Positions 1 through 12,649 are shown, counted from the first letter of the whole stretch. The stretch is DNA of 59,344 bases, filler included, from Sphacelaria rigidula (GCA_964200075.2; 7 parts of 7 records of this genome joined end to end with filler, not necessarily neighbours in it); one strand, 5' to 3'. The notes: generated by a model from the sequence alone, not told the origin. Translations and numbers: made by a program.

Positions 1-951
1 GCAATCAGGCCGAAGAAATCGTGAATTTGGTGATTTTGAGTCGTGATGATTTGTCCCAACCGTGAAGATCTTCAAAGGCAGCTAGTGCAGCACGACACAG
101 CTATGAAATGGCGTGTTTTTGTAGGACTGTTCATTCGGATTTCATCACTTCTGCGGCTATCTTCCTTTCTCTTCTCTTTTCTTCTCCCTCAATCTCTCCT
201 TTTCCCTCGAAATTTGTGCATGACAGTACGGGGCGGCACGATAAGGTAGAGTAGAGTAGAGTAGAGTAGAAATCAATTGAGCGCACTTCAATACAGTTTT
301 TACTTCTGTTTCAACTTATTTGTCGCCCTTTGAACCCCTCTTCTTCCTCGGGACGAGTCCGAGGTCTCGAGGGATTTGCCCATCTCTCGCCGGTACACGC
401 CTTGCATTTTGGTCTTACGGATTGGGTCATGACTATCAGCACTCCCGCACCGTGTCAACTCTCGTCAATCGAACAAACTCAGTCCACTACTTTTTGTTCA
501 CTCACGTTCTCACGCTTTACACGGTGGGAATCAGATACTACGCAGGAAAAAACCCCGTCACATCGAAAGTCGAACCCTCGTTCTTTCTACCCCAGTGGCG
601 ACAGTCGGACCATTACACCACCGGGGCGCGGCGACAGTGCATGATACAAATCAACTTTATGGGGATCGTGGCCGTTCATTATACCTTGCCGTTTCAGCTC
701 TTCATACATGCAGCTGCCCATATGCGACAAACCCGACAGCAGCAACAACAGCAATAGCGACAACAATAACTGTGTACTGCTTGCGCAAAAACCCAAATCA
801 TCACAAAAAATGGTTTGATTGGATCATGACCCATCTGCATCATAAAAAAGATACACATATCAGTATTATTTGTACCATACAGCACTACTTCACGTCCGTC
901 CAGAACACATTACCCCCCCCCTCCACCTCCCTTCCCCTTGCACGCCCCCAC

Positions 952-1122
952 CTTTTTTTGAGCATGCAGGCCGTCAAGCACGATCAACAGGTTGGAGTGC
1001 ATCCGCGGGGTTGCCGCGTGTATGCAGGCGTGCATGAGGTCCTGAAGGCAGTGCATCTCGATCTTTTCCAGGTACGTGGACTGCTTCTCGGCATCCACTC
1101 CGCGCCACACCTTGAAGTAGAT
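952..1122 (-). CDS. NCAPG2: NCAPG2 exon (gene continues off the contig)
   Basis: aagcag|IYFKVWRGVDAEKQSTYLEKIEMHCLQDLMHACIHAATPRMHSNLLIVLDGLHAQKK|gtgggg resembles NCAPG2 IYFRAWKK...IENDCIQDFMFHGIH...FHHQKK. Confidence 0.9.
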
Positions 1123-3063
1123 CTGCTTTCGGGTTTTGGTTCGCGTCGGGTTTACAATTTCGAGGGGTCATTCTCGCGTCTTATTTCTTGTTTATCGCGT
1201 GCGGGAGAAGAGATGGGGGTCGGCGGAGTGGAGGTGATGGGAAGGGGGGAGGGGGGGGCGTACTCATTCATTGCTTGCTTGAGTCGTCTGACCATTGACT
1301 GACCACGCACCCCTTACGAGACGGAGCACCATTCCTATCCCTACTAGAGAAGGGGACGGGAGAGGGACAGGGGGGGTGATCGACCGCCTCAGTCTTTTCG
1401 ATGTGCGCATGTACGAATAAGGTGTATAGCTACAGTAGCGACCGCCACACCCCGGTGGTCCTAAATTAAAATAGTACACATGGCACCATTAGGGCAGGGA
1501 AAACGTGGGTTTGATTCGATTCGCGCCAGATGCGTCTAGTTCGGATTTTTCTCCTCGCAAGTATCGGATTTCCGCCGTCAAGTGCGTGAGAACCTACGTG
1601 AGGGGCAAAAGGAGTCTGATTGAGTTTCTCGAGACGACAGTCGATGCGGGTGCGGGAGTATTGGTCATGATCCAATCCCCGATACCTCAAAATGCTAAAA
1701 TAGGCGTGTGCGGGGGGACACTTGGGATGACCTGTTGAGACCACGGACTCGTCCAAGGGAAAGGGGAGGGGGTTAGGAGTGAGAACATGAAAGACAAAAA
1801 TAAGCTGTCAGTGATTAGACGAATCTTGCCTTCGCGCAATGAAACAGAAAAAAAGGAGAAAATACGGCGTTGTTGTTTTTTCCTCTTTTTTCGGGAGGGG
1901 GGGGGGAGGGCAGAGGGGAAAACATAATGTATGCGCTACGCCGAAAATTCATGACCGTCATCACCGTGCGTGGACAGCACACGTTTCGAGCGGAATAGGG
2001 AGCGCAAAAAAGTCCATGTGCGTATTTGGTTTTAGTAGCAAGTACTCAAATTGCAAGGTTGTGTTCTACAATATGGGGGTATACCCCCGAGGTGCGAGGT
2101 TTCTGGTAGACATACTTAACCATACCGGAATGTGTATCGAACATCCGGGATGGTTCTGAGGGTATCCAGCCCTGTTCCAAACACTCCGGTACGATTCGGA
2201 AGGGCATTTCCCGACAAAGGATTTACTTTATACTTGTGTAAATACTAATATCAACAATTTGAAAAATTGCACCACCACCCCTGAAGCAGTAACGCGCCTG
2301 TGAGTCGTCCGAGTGACTCATTTCACCAAAAGAAAATTAGCGAGCTTCTTGTTCGACGATTTTTTTTTCCCCAGTGGAGTTAACCGGCGTTGGGGTACCA
2401 TATGTCCATGGTTGATATCACTTGACTTGAGTGCGAACACTGAGAATCGGATCTTCCAGTGCGGCTAAAAATCCCGTGTGCTCCTCCCGTGCGCAGAACG
2501 CGTTTTCGTTCGAATTGGCGCCACAGGTGCCGATTTGGGGTCTACGAAGGCCACACTTTGCCTAGGGAACCGAGCCTTATGTACCTCCCTTGCCCAACGG
2601 ATCTCTCTCCGCCTTGGGTTGGGGTTAGGGGTAGGGGTAGGGACAGTTGTAGAAAAATAAATAACTAGGGGTAACGATAGTAGTAAAATGTGTTCACCAT
2701 GGACATATTTTGTAGCCCAACGCCGGTTAACCCACTTCCTTTTTACCGACACACGTTCATGACCTCTCCCCTCCCCCCCCCTCTCACTGAGGACGAGTTC
2801 GTACCATGTTCACATCTCTCTCGGTCCCCACTTTTTTTTGCGCGATCACCATTAAGCATTATCTGGATTTCAACAACGGCGACAGAGCCTTTCGAATAAA
2901 TAATGTCCTGCCTTTTTTTCGCTTTCTCTTGCTCTCATATGTATTTTATTGTAACTACATAACAAGTACAAATTCAGACTACCCGCAGGATGAGTACAAT
3001 CAATCAAGCGTTGACAGCAAAAAGCGGAGCAAGAGACGACCAAAAAGGGCGGGAGTGACGGAC

Positions 3064-3220
3064 CTCTCCATAGGTTGCGAGCACCGACCGCTTGGCCCCC
3101 GGCAGTTGCTGCTTGATGACCTCGTGGATGTCCAGCACCATTGAAGGATGAATACCAAACAGGTACACCAGCAGACGTTTGCCCTCCGACGACTTCAGGT
3201 ACAAGGGCAACGTGAACAAT
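3064..3220 (-). CDS. NCAPG2: NCAPG2 exon
   Basis: ttgcag|LFTLPLYLKSSEGKRLLVYLFGIHPSMVLDIHEVIKQQLPGAKRSVLATYGE|gtccgt resembles NCAPG2 YIKKEEGRRFLSCLF...IHGTIKNQL...YIAE. Confidence 0.9.
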
Positions 3221-4047
3221 CTGCAATAATCGTCACATCAAACACACACACATACACACAGGTTATCGCAGCGAGGGGATAGGTTTTGTGTACCGTACCG
3301 GAGCTCACGATACAGACAGTAAACCGCGAGTTGGTGAGTTTTTCTTCTTTGTCTTGTTTCATCACATTTTGCTCTTATGTTCATCAGTCCACTGAACTCA
3401 ACCGAGCGGTGTCGTTGCTTGTCTTCTAATACCTCTACAAAAACATTGCTTGACTGTTACAAACTTTTCAAAGATGCTCAGGATAGGGTACAGCACGAGT
3501 AATGTAATGGTGTTGATACTGCAGGTATTCCCAACACTACTTTCGACAGTCGATACTCGAGGTATTCCATCTTATATCCAGTACAGTATTTCCGCAGTCG
3601 ATACTCCAGGAACTCCATGATACTCAGCATTTTCGGCAGTAGATACCCCAGGTGCCCTGTAGTACTGACTACTGAAAATGCTCTGAAAAATCCGAGTACC
3701 TGGAGTATCTTACTCTATCCAAAGCACCTTCAATAGTCTTCACAACGGCTACTGTAGAACACATAAGCTCACACGGTATTCCACATATGCTACAACGGAA
3801 ATACTGCTGCTTCGTACGATGCTGTGGCGGGTATGAGAGGGGAAGCCCGGTACGGGAGAGTTTCCATTGGCCTCCTAAATAACAGCTTTGGGGACCCCGA
3901 AATTGCCAGTCACTGGATACGCCGTCGGAGCGTTTGGTAACCTTTCGTTTTGGCCATTATCTCTAGTTGTTCTCGTTATCGTCGTCGGAGCTAGCTACTA
4001 CCCTAGATGGGATCCCGTCGTTCAACAGTGCCAGAGGCGAAACGTGC

Positions 4048-4119
4048 CTGAGAAGAAGAATCTTCAAGGGAGCGCTGTCCTCGTCGTCGAAGTCCAAAAC
4101 TAGCAGCGCCGCTCGAAGC
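4048..4119 (-). CDS. NCAPG2: NCAPG2 exon (GC donor)
   Basis: accag|(G)LRAALLVLDFDDEDSAPLKILLL(R)|gcacgt resembles NCAPG2 IHQALYCFDYDLEESGEIKDMLL; phase 2/2. Confidence 0.85.
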
Positions 4120-5112
4120 CTGGTGTACGCACACACACATACACACGGTAACATATATGCTGTGATATGTATTGGGGATGATGTGTCGTGTTGCGTGTCA
4201 TGTTACGTTTCCAGTGTGTGAATATGCTATGTGCCCACAAGGTCGCGCTCATGCTGGCACAAATAAAGAGATGAGGGGAAAAAACGGGGAAGTCAGACCC
4301 GCAGTAAACTTGTGAAACATGCACACGCCACTGCCTCCTCCACTCTTCCGGGCACCACATCTTCACACGACAAACTGTACTGCATTGTTGTTCCAGTACA
4401 GCACCACGAAGCGTTTCAAAAGCAAACCCTGGAAAATGACCATATACGACATCGTAAAAAATGTACTGCGTACTGTATGGAATCCATTGTCTAATGCAAT
4501 AAATCACACGTCGGACAGCTCATGAGCAACCTGGATATAACTTATTACCGTACTGATCCGGATCATGAGCTCGCCCATTTGGCCACTGTTTCCCTATTAG
4601 CTCCCGACAGCGATGGACGCCGAGCACGCCGTGTAGCGGGAAGGTAACGCTTTGGCTTCTAGGACACCGCTGTCACGTGTTTAGTGTTTTTGTACAAAGA
4701 ATCTGAGAGTACCCTCTCCGATTAACTATTTTAGGCAGCTCATGAGCTGTCCGACGTGTGCAATAGACGCAATAGTTAACACTGTACGGTACACTTAAAA
4801 ATACATTGTAATCTAGCGTCATTATCCAGGCTGTGGTAGGAAGCCAACTATAGAATCGAGATGCCTTGCATCCATACACTCCAATCACTGCTTCGACAAA
4901 TCACATGTCGCGCCGTCCCACGCCTCGCAGTCATAGGCTGAAAAGTACCGTCAGCCTTCTCCCCCTGTCCCCATCCTGTCGTACACAGGCAGTTACCGGG
5001 AGGTCCATCTAAGGTAAGGAAAAAACGGGGCTGCTCCCTTCCGCGAGTGGAGGCGGGTGGAGGTGAGTTCCTTGCCTTCGCGTCAAAAACGAACCGCGCC
5101 TCTTGCACTCAC

Positions 5113-5240
5113 CCAAACATGCGCTTGACATCGGCCTCCTTGGCATTGTCCTCGAAAGACTTGACCAGCATGTAGGGAATCAGCTGCGGGACCAGGTGCT
5201 CTCCGCCCAGCCTCCCCTGAATCCACCACATCTCGCAAAC
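5113..5240 (-). CDS. NCAPG2: NCAPG2 exon
   Basis: VCEMWWIQGRLGGEHLVPQLIPYMLVKSFEDNAKEADVKRMFG|gtgagt resembles the NCAPG2 segment C-x-x-WW...ADVCRLW as recalled. Confidence 0.85.
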
Positions 5241-6254
5241 CTTTTTGCAAACCGACGGAACATGGTACACATGATTTGTCCTCGTATCCGTGTCCGTTAC
5301 TGCTGTTGATGCTGTGATGTTGCCGTTATCCAATAATACTTGTAGGCTAGTTTTGTAATTCTGACATGTACATATACTTCCTCTGTCCCGTATGTCTGAG
5401 AAGTTATGTTTGTGGGACCCCTTAACCGTGTCCGATTTTATTTTCGATATTTTCTTTGATTTTCTCGGCGTTTTTGAGCTAAAACCAACATTCTTCCTAC
5501 AACGTGGATGCTTGACCCATGCAGCTGCGCGGCCGAGAAAAACTGGGTCGGTTCAAGAACGGCCATATTTCGCTCGTTTTCCCGGGAAAGCATGAGAGAC
5601 CCGGGAAAAAAAAAATCCGCTAAAACTGGGCCAGAAAATGTGAAAATCATAAAACCATCATTGATTTTGGACATGTCCGCGATGTTAACCTACGCACGCC
5701 CCATCCAATATTTTGTTAGCATGTAATTGCTAGTGTTCGACGTGAAAACGTCCAAAACCGGTCAGTGATGGGGGTATAAACAGATCAAAAAGGGTAAAAA
5801 AATGGGCATATTTTGACATAATTCTAGTATTGATGACGATGTTTTATTTTTTCCTCCATCAGCTTCGTTTGCGCTTTGTCTTCCTAACAAACCCAACTAT
5901 GGGATGATCGGCAACATTGGCATACCCATACGATTCAACGCCCAAGACTTCCCAGACTTATGGGACAGGGGACGTATATGTATATATATATATATATATA
6001 TACGTCTTTGTGTTTCGCACGTCTGCTGAGACGATGAAGCGCAACGCAACGCAGCGCAGCGCAACTCAAATATATATATTTACAATACTAAATCAAAGCA
6101 CCACCCGTTTTTGCATGTTTGCGCCTCGACGCTATTCGATAAGAAAAAACGAAACAAGACAAAACAAAACGTCATCAGAGATCCGGGATTATTTTGGATC
6201 GCCCACCCGCACAGACCATGGTCGTCACAAGCTTGGACGCCCCGCCCCCCGCAC

Positions 6255-6410
6255 CTTTGAAATGACTGCCTGCACGGCCAACCCTTGAAGTCCCTGCAGC
6301 GATAGCATCACATGATGCAATTGTACAGCGGTGTCGAGCAAAGCGCGCGGCGCAACGCGCGCCTCGTCCATGATGAACTCATGTGCTAAAGTCGCCGCTG
6401 CGTGGAGAAC
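6255..6410 (-). CDS. NCAPG2: NCAPG2 exon
   Basis: cttcag|VLHAAATLAHEFIMDEARVAPRALLDTAVQLHHVMLSLQGLQGLAVQAVISK|gtgcgg; phase 0/0, in frame with the next exon. Confidence 0.8.
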
Positions 6411-6712
6411 CTGAAGTACAGACATACAAGCAAGCAAGCCATGATGCCAAACGCAAGGGGCCCCAATAATGAGAGGCAATATGAACACACGCAGACCACC
6501 GTAGCAAGGTACGCCGGTACTCTACGCATGAAGCGCACGAGCGGGGACCTTATATATTGAGCACCACGCCGGTCGCGGAACACCACCCCGCCAGATCGGT
6601 CGCAACGTTACCCATCCATCCACCCACCCACCCACCCGCAAGTTCTGTGCTCCTTTTCCATAAACCTCGCCATCTTTGTCGCAGGTGGTATGAGAGATGA
6701 CACGCGCGCGCG

Positions 6713-6764
<52 letters not shown>

Positions 6765-6930
6765 GCGTAGTGTACCCCGAGCAACCGGACCTAACCGGAC
6801 CGGTGTATCGACCGGTACAATGAAAAGAGTAAGGTATATACCGATACTGACATCAGCAGCAGCACACAACACACGACACACAACACCAGCACCACGATAA
6901 GCAGGATCACCGACAGCGACAGCGACACAC

Positions 6931-7248
6931 CTCCAGAGCCAGTGCAACATCGGCACTACTCTTCGCGCCGCTCCCCCCGCTACCAGGGGAGGACGACTTC
7001 GTGCCTCGTCGACAGCGGGTCGGGCGGCGCGGGCAAGAAGTCTCCTTCGCATCGGGTTCGCCTTGTTTTTCCGACGAGGACGTGTCGGGCGTGGCTGGTC
7101 GAGGGGGAGCCTCCGGCGAGGCACCGCCATTATCGTCATCGCCCTCTTGACCGGCATTATATTCTTCCGCAGTGTTTCCGTCCGGTTGGTGATCGGCAGT
7201 TTCCTCACTGCATTCCCGGTTGTCGTCGTCGTCGTCGTCGTCGTTGTC
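6931..7248 (-). CDS. NCAPG2: NCAPG2 (condensin II subunit G2), most 5' exon seen; acidic low-complexity segment
   Basis: Open 318-bp frame DNDDDD...ADVALALE between acceptor ttgaag| and donor |gtgtgt; splices in phase 0 to exon 6255-6410. Assigned by splice continuity, not by homology. Confidence 0.6.
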
Positions 7249-8394
7249 CTTCAAGTGTTCACAAGCACGAGCACGAGCACAAGCACATGCATGCCGGCTT
7301 CATTGCGTATACAGTAGGGCACAGTAGAGTTGAGTCGAGAAGACTAGGGTAGAGTAGGGTACGCACACGAAACACACACAAACGGTCGTTTTCGACCCTG
7401 TTCGCCCGTCATGTAAGGCTCAAGAACAAGAACATAGTGCAGCTTTATGCTGTAACTGCTACAAAAACAAAAGGTAGAGAGGAAAAGAGGGACCAGGCAA
7501 ATCTTTGTTCGCTCTGTAGGTATTGGATTAAATCGCGGTGAAAACATGGGTGTGTTTCTGACAAGAGATAAAGCTGTCCAAAGGCGGCTGCGATGATTTG
7601 GAGGGTACCGAGAGATACTACTCGCTATTTGGGTCAGATACCCTTTGAGTACTCAGTATTACTTTGGTCGATACCGCAGGTGCTCTGGCATGGTCTGTGT
7701 TTTGGGCAGAGAATAATCCAGGTGCCCCAAAATAGCCAGCGTCTTCCCACCACCTTCGAAAACTGAACATGGCCACCGCCGTGAACTATGCTCAGATTGC
7801 AGATTACGCTTTCATTTGAATCTTCAACACTTCATGTAGTAAGCGTGTAGGGTGGTGCGATACTGTGTTCAGGCTTGGGGGTTATCATTCCTGAAATTGC
7901 AGATAGGGGTTCACACCCCAGACGTTGGGACGAAGACTGTTCCCGCTCGTCCACGACTTGATCATGATCCCGTTACAAAAAAAAGTAGGAATAATCGAAG
8001 CGAAACTCATGTCTCCGTGCGCTCGTTCCCACTGGATTGGAAACTAATGGAAGTACGAACGTGAAATCCAGCACATGTGCGTGAAGCACCGATGGTTGCT
8101 ATCGAACTGATTGATGCACTAAACCGATTGTTCGATACGATTTATTGATTGATATGATTGAGTGTCGCACATTGAACTGATACGCTGTGAAATCTAGCCA
8201 TGTTCAAATATCGACGTACCCATGGTGAATCAACGGAAACACTTCATGAAGGAAGCTCGAGGAGGGAGAAATATGATGCATGGGTGTGTGTGTGTATGTG
8301 TGTGTGTGGGGGGGGGGGGGGGGGGGGGGAGACCACGGAAAACAACACTCCCCAAAAAAAAACAAAACCCTCGAAAAAGGAAAAAACAAAAAGA

Positions 8395-8494
8395 NNNNNN
8401 NNNNNNNNNNNNNNNNNNNNNNNNNNNNNNNNNNNNNNTTAATTAATTAANNNNNNNNNNNNNNNNNNNNNNNNNNNNNNNNNNNNNNNNNNNN
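8395..8494. other. Artificial contig-join spacer N44-TTAATTAATTAA-N44
   Basis: Identical spacers at 16888-16987, 25381-25480, 33873-33972, 42365-42464 and 50855-50954; the core gives stops in all six frames. Confidence 0.98.
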
Positions 8495-8871
8495 CCCTAC
8501 AAAGCCGGGACGGAGCACGCCGGGTTCTCGCCGGACCAGGCTAGGGGAGGGGGGGTGTACTCATGATCATGTATGCCATAGTCATAAGACCATCCCCTAG
8601 GGGGGGATTTTTTTTCGTTGCGTCAGTGGGGAGCGGTCTTCGAACCCGGAACCTTCTGTTGGTGAGAGGCGCGAGTTATCTCATGATTTCGCCGATGTGA
8701 AACGCTAAAGGTGATTCGTCGATGGAACTTGTGGGAATTCTACCCTTCTTGGTGACGGTATCCACATCCGCGTTGGTTCCCGATGTTGGAGATGCCTACA
8801 TTTGTACCAGTATATGTCTTGATTTGCTGCGCTTTTTTTGCGTCGGTAATGTGTGTGCGTTTTTCCGGAAG

Positions 8872-9004
8872 GGGACCCCTTTACGGTCATGAACGCATAT
8901 GACGAGTGGATTCGAGTGAAGGCCGCCCGCCAGGAGTCCTCTCGGCGATGGTGCAAGAGACACGGATTGCAGGAGCAACGTCTCTACGAGATTACCAAGC
9001 TCAG
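8872..9004 (+). CDS. DHX34: DEAH-box RNA helicase DHX34-like, exon downstream of the HA2 domain (GC donor)
   Basis: GDPFTVMNAYDEWIRVKAARQESSRRWCKRHGLQEQRLYEITKL(R) resembles DHX34 GDPFTLFNVFNAWVQVK...[22 protein letters not shown]; donor AG|gcaagc. Confidence 0.85.
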
Positions 9005-9133
9005 GCAAGCATATCAGGTAGAGCCCGAGAATCACAAGCCGAGCTACGGATTGGCGGACGGATGTTACGTTTACAGATGTGTGTTTTTTCAAATGACCTC
9101 TGCGCATCTCTCCCCTCGTGAAAAGTCAAGAAG

Positions 9134-9174
<41 letters not shown>

Positions 9175-11507
9175 ACTGACATACCTCCCAGCGTACCTAA
9201 GATCAATGTAGAGAGACGTCGCCCAAACATGACATTTCCAACAAGATCAGAGGGCCAAAATCAGTATATGTAGTACTCGGGTCGATCGAACTCCGAAATC
9301 TGGGACACCGACAGTCAACCACATCTGCTTAAAAATGCGAGTGCTGCAGTCGACGGCGTTATTATCGTGATGCCATTGTATCGCTCTCGTTGTTCCGCAG
9401 AAACTAGATATAGACGCACGGTGCTGCTACTCATCGTTGGATTAAGGTGGGGTTTCCTCTGAGTGATGCTACGATGGAGGGGAAAGGGGTATGTTGGGAC
9501 TTTTCTTCCGCGAAATTCCGCCTCAAAATCGTCGTTGAGAGCAACAACATTTGTTCGAACGCGCTTCTTACCAATGAGACAAACTGATTCACACCACTCG
9601 ACGCCGTTTTCACCCAAATACAAGCGCACTGGGAGTCGTTGGGTCGTCCGACACAGCTGCGAGCCCAAGCTTTTCGTGGAATCAAACACCCCCCCTCTAT
9701 CGTAGCATCACTCCCCTGCCGTAGGGAAGCATCCAGGGTTGCGACGAATCACCACGACTATGGATCACCAAATCCATGATTTCTTCGGCCTGCCCGCCCA
9801 AAAGGGAGAAAAAACGTTGATCGCTGATCCAAGGGGTATCCACGCAACTTTTGCGCCATTCCACGTGTCTGGGCTGCGTGTACCTGTGTTGCAACGCTGA
9901 AGACAACGTCGAGGGACTGGTTCGTACGATTCGAACCCATTATACTAAAACCAAGTAATTTATGGACGAAGCATTATTTGTCCGACCCTTGGAAACGTGG
10001 GAGAATAACGCTTCAAGACGAAGTGGTACATGTGCACATTGGGTTCAAACCCGAATCATTACGGATAAACGATCGCCTAGAGTATGCCCACCAACGGTCA
10101 CCAGCAGTGTACCAAATCCTCTCAAATTCAACGAATATGCGACGTCAAGAGAGTGAGAATGGGACGCCTGTGGGTTGGCCCCGTGATGCGTGCTGCGGTC
10201 AAAATGCACAAACCTCAGCCGCCAGTCGCATCCATTTTGTTGTGCTTCTCTGCGTCTATGAACCTTGCGGATTGAATTCAAACTACAGCAGTTGCATGTT
10301 GCACATGTCTTACACTCCCCCCCTCCCCTTTCTTGTGGGTACCTAGCACTTGATCCGCTCGAGTGCAGGGTCGTCGATGGTTTTGAACCCTTCAAGGACC
10401 GGAGGGCTGAGGATGGCGAAAGCCGTCTTCTCGGGGTTTTCTGGTCATTTCGATTCACTTTTGGCACAAGGAAAACTGTGTTTTGAGCCTAGCAGGCATT
10501 TATGTATCTCTCTTGGCGGCCGCTTTGACTCCTGATGAATGCGAACTTTGGTCCTGCAGCTAGCTAGGACAACAAGATGCCACGCGGGTAGTCGCATGCG
10601 TTGTGAGGTGGCCCGTGCCTGTTCTAGTATTCTATGGAGGCGTTTTGGATACGATATGCCCTGTGAAAAAACAACGGTGCAATGACCCGAACGTTGAACT
10701 TTGGAATAAGAAGACGATTAGAAAATCACCGAATGAACACCTGCACGTCTCCCGTTGTTGGTTTGGCTCCCCCGGTTTCGGCAGGAATGCAAGAGAGTGA
10801 TCGTTCCTGTAGTTCGGTAGGCCGCTTTGGATTTCCTCACGCCAACGAAAATCAGAGTAAGGACCTCCCGCAACAAAATATCATGTAAATAGCCCATTCT
10901 CTACCCCGGACGCCTCGTGGGTCGTAGGTCGTATACGGAGTACATCACTCGTGCCGACAAGTAACCCAAACCTTGATTTTATCCATAAACGATAGGACCC
11001 GCATGGCCATATTAAAGATAGCGTTCACCTCCAAAAGGGATGCGTGGTCAATGGTCAAACGACTAAGGCGAGCAACAAATGAGTACCCGCCCCCCCCGCC
11101 CTAAAGGCGTCGACAAGATATTCCAACGACGCAGTCCATCCGGTGGTGTGGCTGCTGCCATAGTTCCCGACAAAATCGATGTTGTTTCTTCTTTCGCACG
11201 GGTGGTATACGGCGTATACCATGCATGATAACCTATACAATAGACGAGGACTCGGGGTCAACACTTTAGCTAGAGGGTAGATCTGCCTGTCCCCCTGCTG
11301 AAAAGCGAAGGGGTTTTGTTGTGTGTTAGTCGATCGGTCATCATCGAGGAAGGGAATCGATATATCATCCGACGCCTGAGGATACGAACCGTGGTGATGC
11401 TTTCACAACGCGTTTCAATTTGTCTCCCCTGACGTGCTCATTGTATACGGTACCCGACCTACTAAACAGAGCACCCCTTTATGGATATAGTATGTATATA
11501 ATAATTT

Positions 11508-11713
11508 CATGGGCAGGTCGAGTAGAGTATACTCAATTGCGGGATATTTTGAAAGACGTACTTGGGGTAGCCAAGTTAGGGTAGAGTGTTGGAGGTCGTA
11601 CCCAAAAGAATAGCTGGGGATTGATTCCTGAAACCCAACCCCAAATTTGTGAACTTTAAGTACGACTTTCAAAATATCCCGCAACTGAGTATACTCTACT
11701 CGACCTACCCTTG
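11508..11713. mobile_element. hAT-type MITE in the DHX34 intron
   Basis: ~55-bp TIRs (CATGGGCAGGTCGAGTAGAGTATACTCAATTGCGGGATATTTTGAAAG... and its inverted copy ending CCCTTG); perfect 8-bp TSD AATAATTT at 11500-11507 and 11714-11721. Confidence 0.9.
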
Positions 11714-12248
11714 AATAATTTCGAACTCACGAGTGTGAAGCATACTTTGTAACGAGGCGTCCACGAGATTTATTGCTGATTTTAGTGTGCAAGTTCCTCC
11801 GCACCCGCCCCGGGAGATGACTTTTCGGGCCAATGCCAATGCTAAGGGCCCGGTTAGCGGATTCGTGCTTTACTTTGTGCGGGGGTACACATGCGTTCGT
11901 GACCGTTCGAACGGACGCGCGATTGCGGTGGTCCTGCAATGTTTCAGGCGGGCATGAACATTTCGAGAGAGGATCTACTCTCACGAGGTGCAGCCCCGGG
12001 TCCCGTGCGGCTTGTACTGTATATATAATACTCCGTATATATGTATCGGTTGTCGTCAGTCACCCAGACGTCTGATTTGTTTTTACTCCTGAGCTTACCG
12101 CAATGATAGTCATGAATTGTTCATGTGGCTACTTACTGCAGCCATATCATGCACTTTACTAAACAATGTCCGAGGTGTAGCTTACTCCCGATGTTGACAT
12201 TCTGTGGCCCCGGCCCCCCCCCCCTCGCCCTATCCACCGCTACATCAG

Positions 12249-12649
12249 ACGGCAATTCGAGGATCTATTAGCCAGTGCAGGTCTTCTATGGCTCGGCGCA
12301 GCGGCTCAAAGGGCGCGCCGCGCCCATCAAGGCCGCCGCCGGCGATTGGCCATGTCGGCCGACGCTGGAACAACCGGCCGGGGCCCGAGCGTCGCAATGC
12401 CCTCGAAGGCAAAGCTCCACGCACTCAAAATGAGGAAAGAAGGACGCAAACGTAAGATGTTGGAGATAGACCATGGCGGGGATAAGGGGAGCGGCGGTGC
12501 TGCTGGAGATGGTGATGATGGGGATGATAGCGATGAGGGCCAGAAGGCGCATAAGGAGTTGCTCGGAGAGGTTGGAGATGGGGGACGCTTGGACGGGATC
12601 GCTGGGCTGGATTTGTCGTCGCTGGAATTTTATATGGCGCAGGACGTGG
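12249..12649 (+). CDS. DHX34: DHX34-like exon
   Basis: catcag|(R)RQFEDLLASAGLL...RKRKMLEID...acidic linker...GLDLSSLEFYMAQDV|gtaaga resembles DHX34 RRQFKELLEDHGLL...RRKVLRL...GVDIQDVKFKLRHDL. Confidence 0.85.

Noticed and set aside
1255..1335. GGGGCGTACTCAT...GACGGAGCAC motif recurring at ~8500, 25481, 30680 and 31200
   Set aside because: A common dispersed repeat; no definable termini or RNA structure, so not called as ncRNA or a regulatory site.
6522..7208. 228-aa ORF and other ORFs crossing microsatellites (poly-C, poly-V, poly-T, HT/CV runs)
   Set aside because: Open only because of low-complexity repeats, or shadows of real exons.
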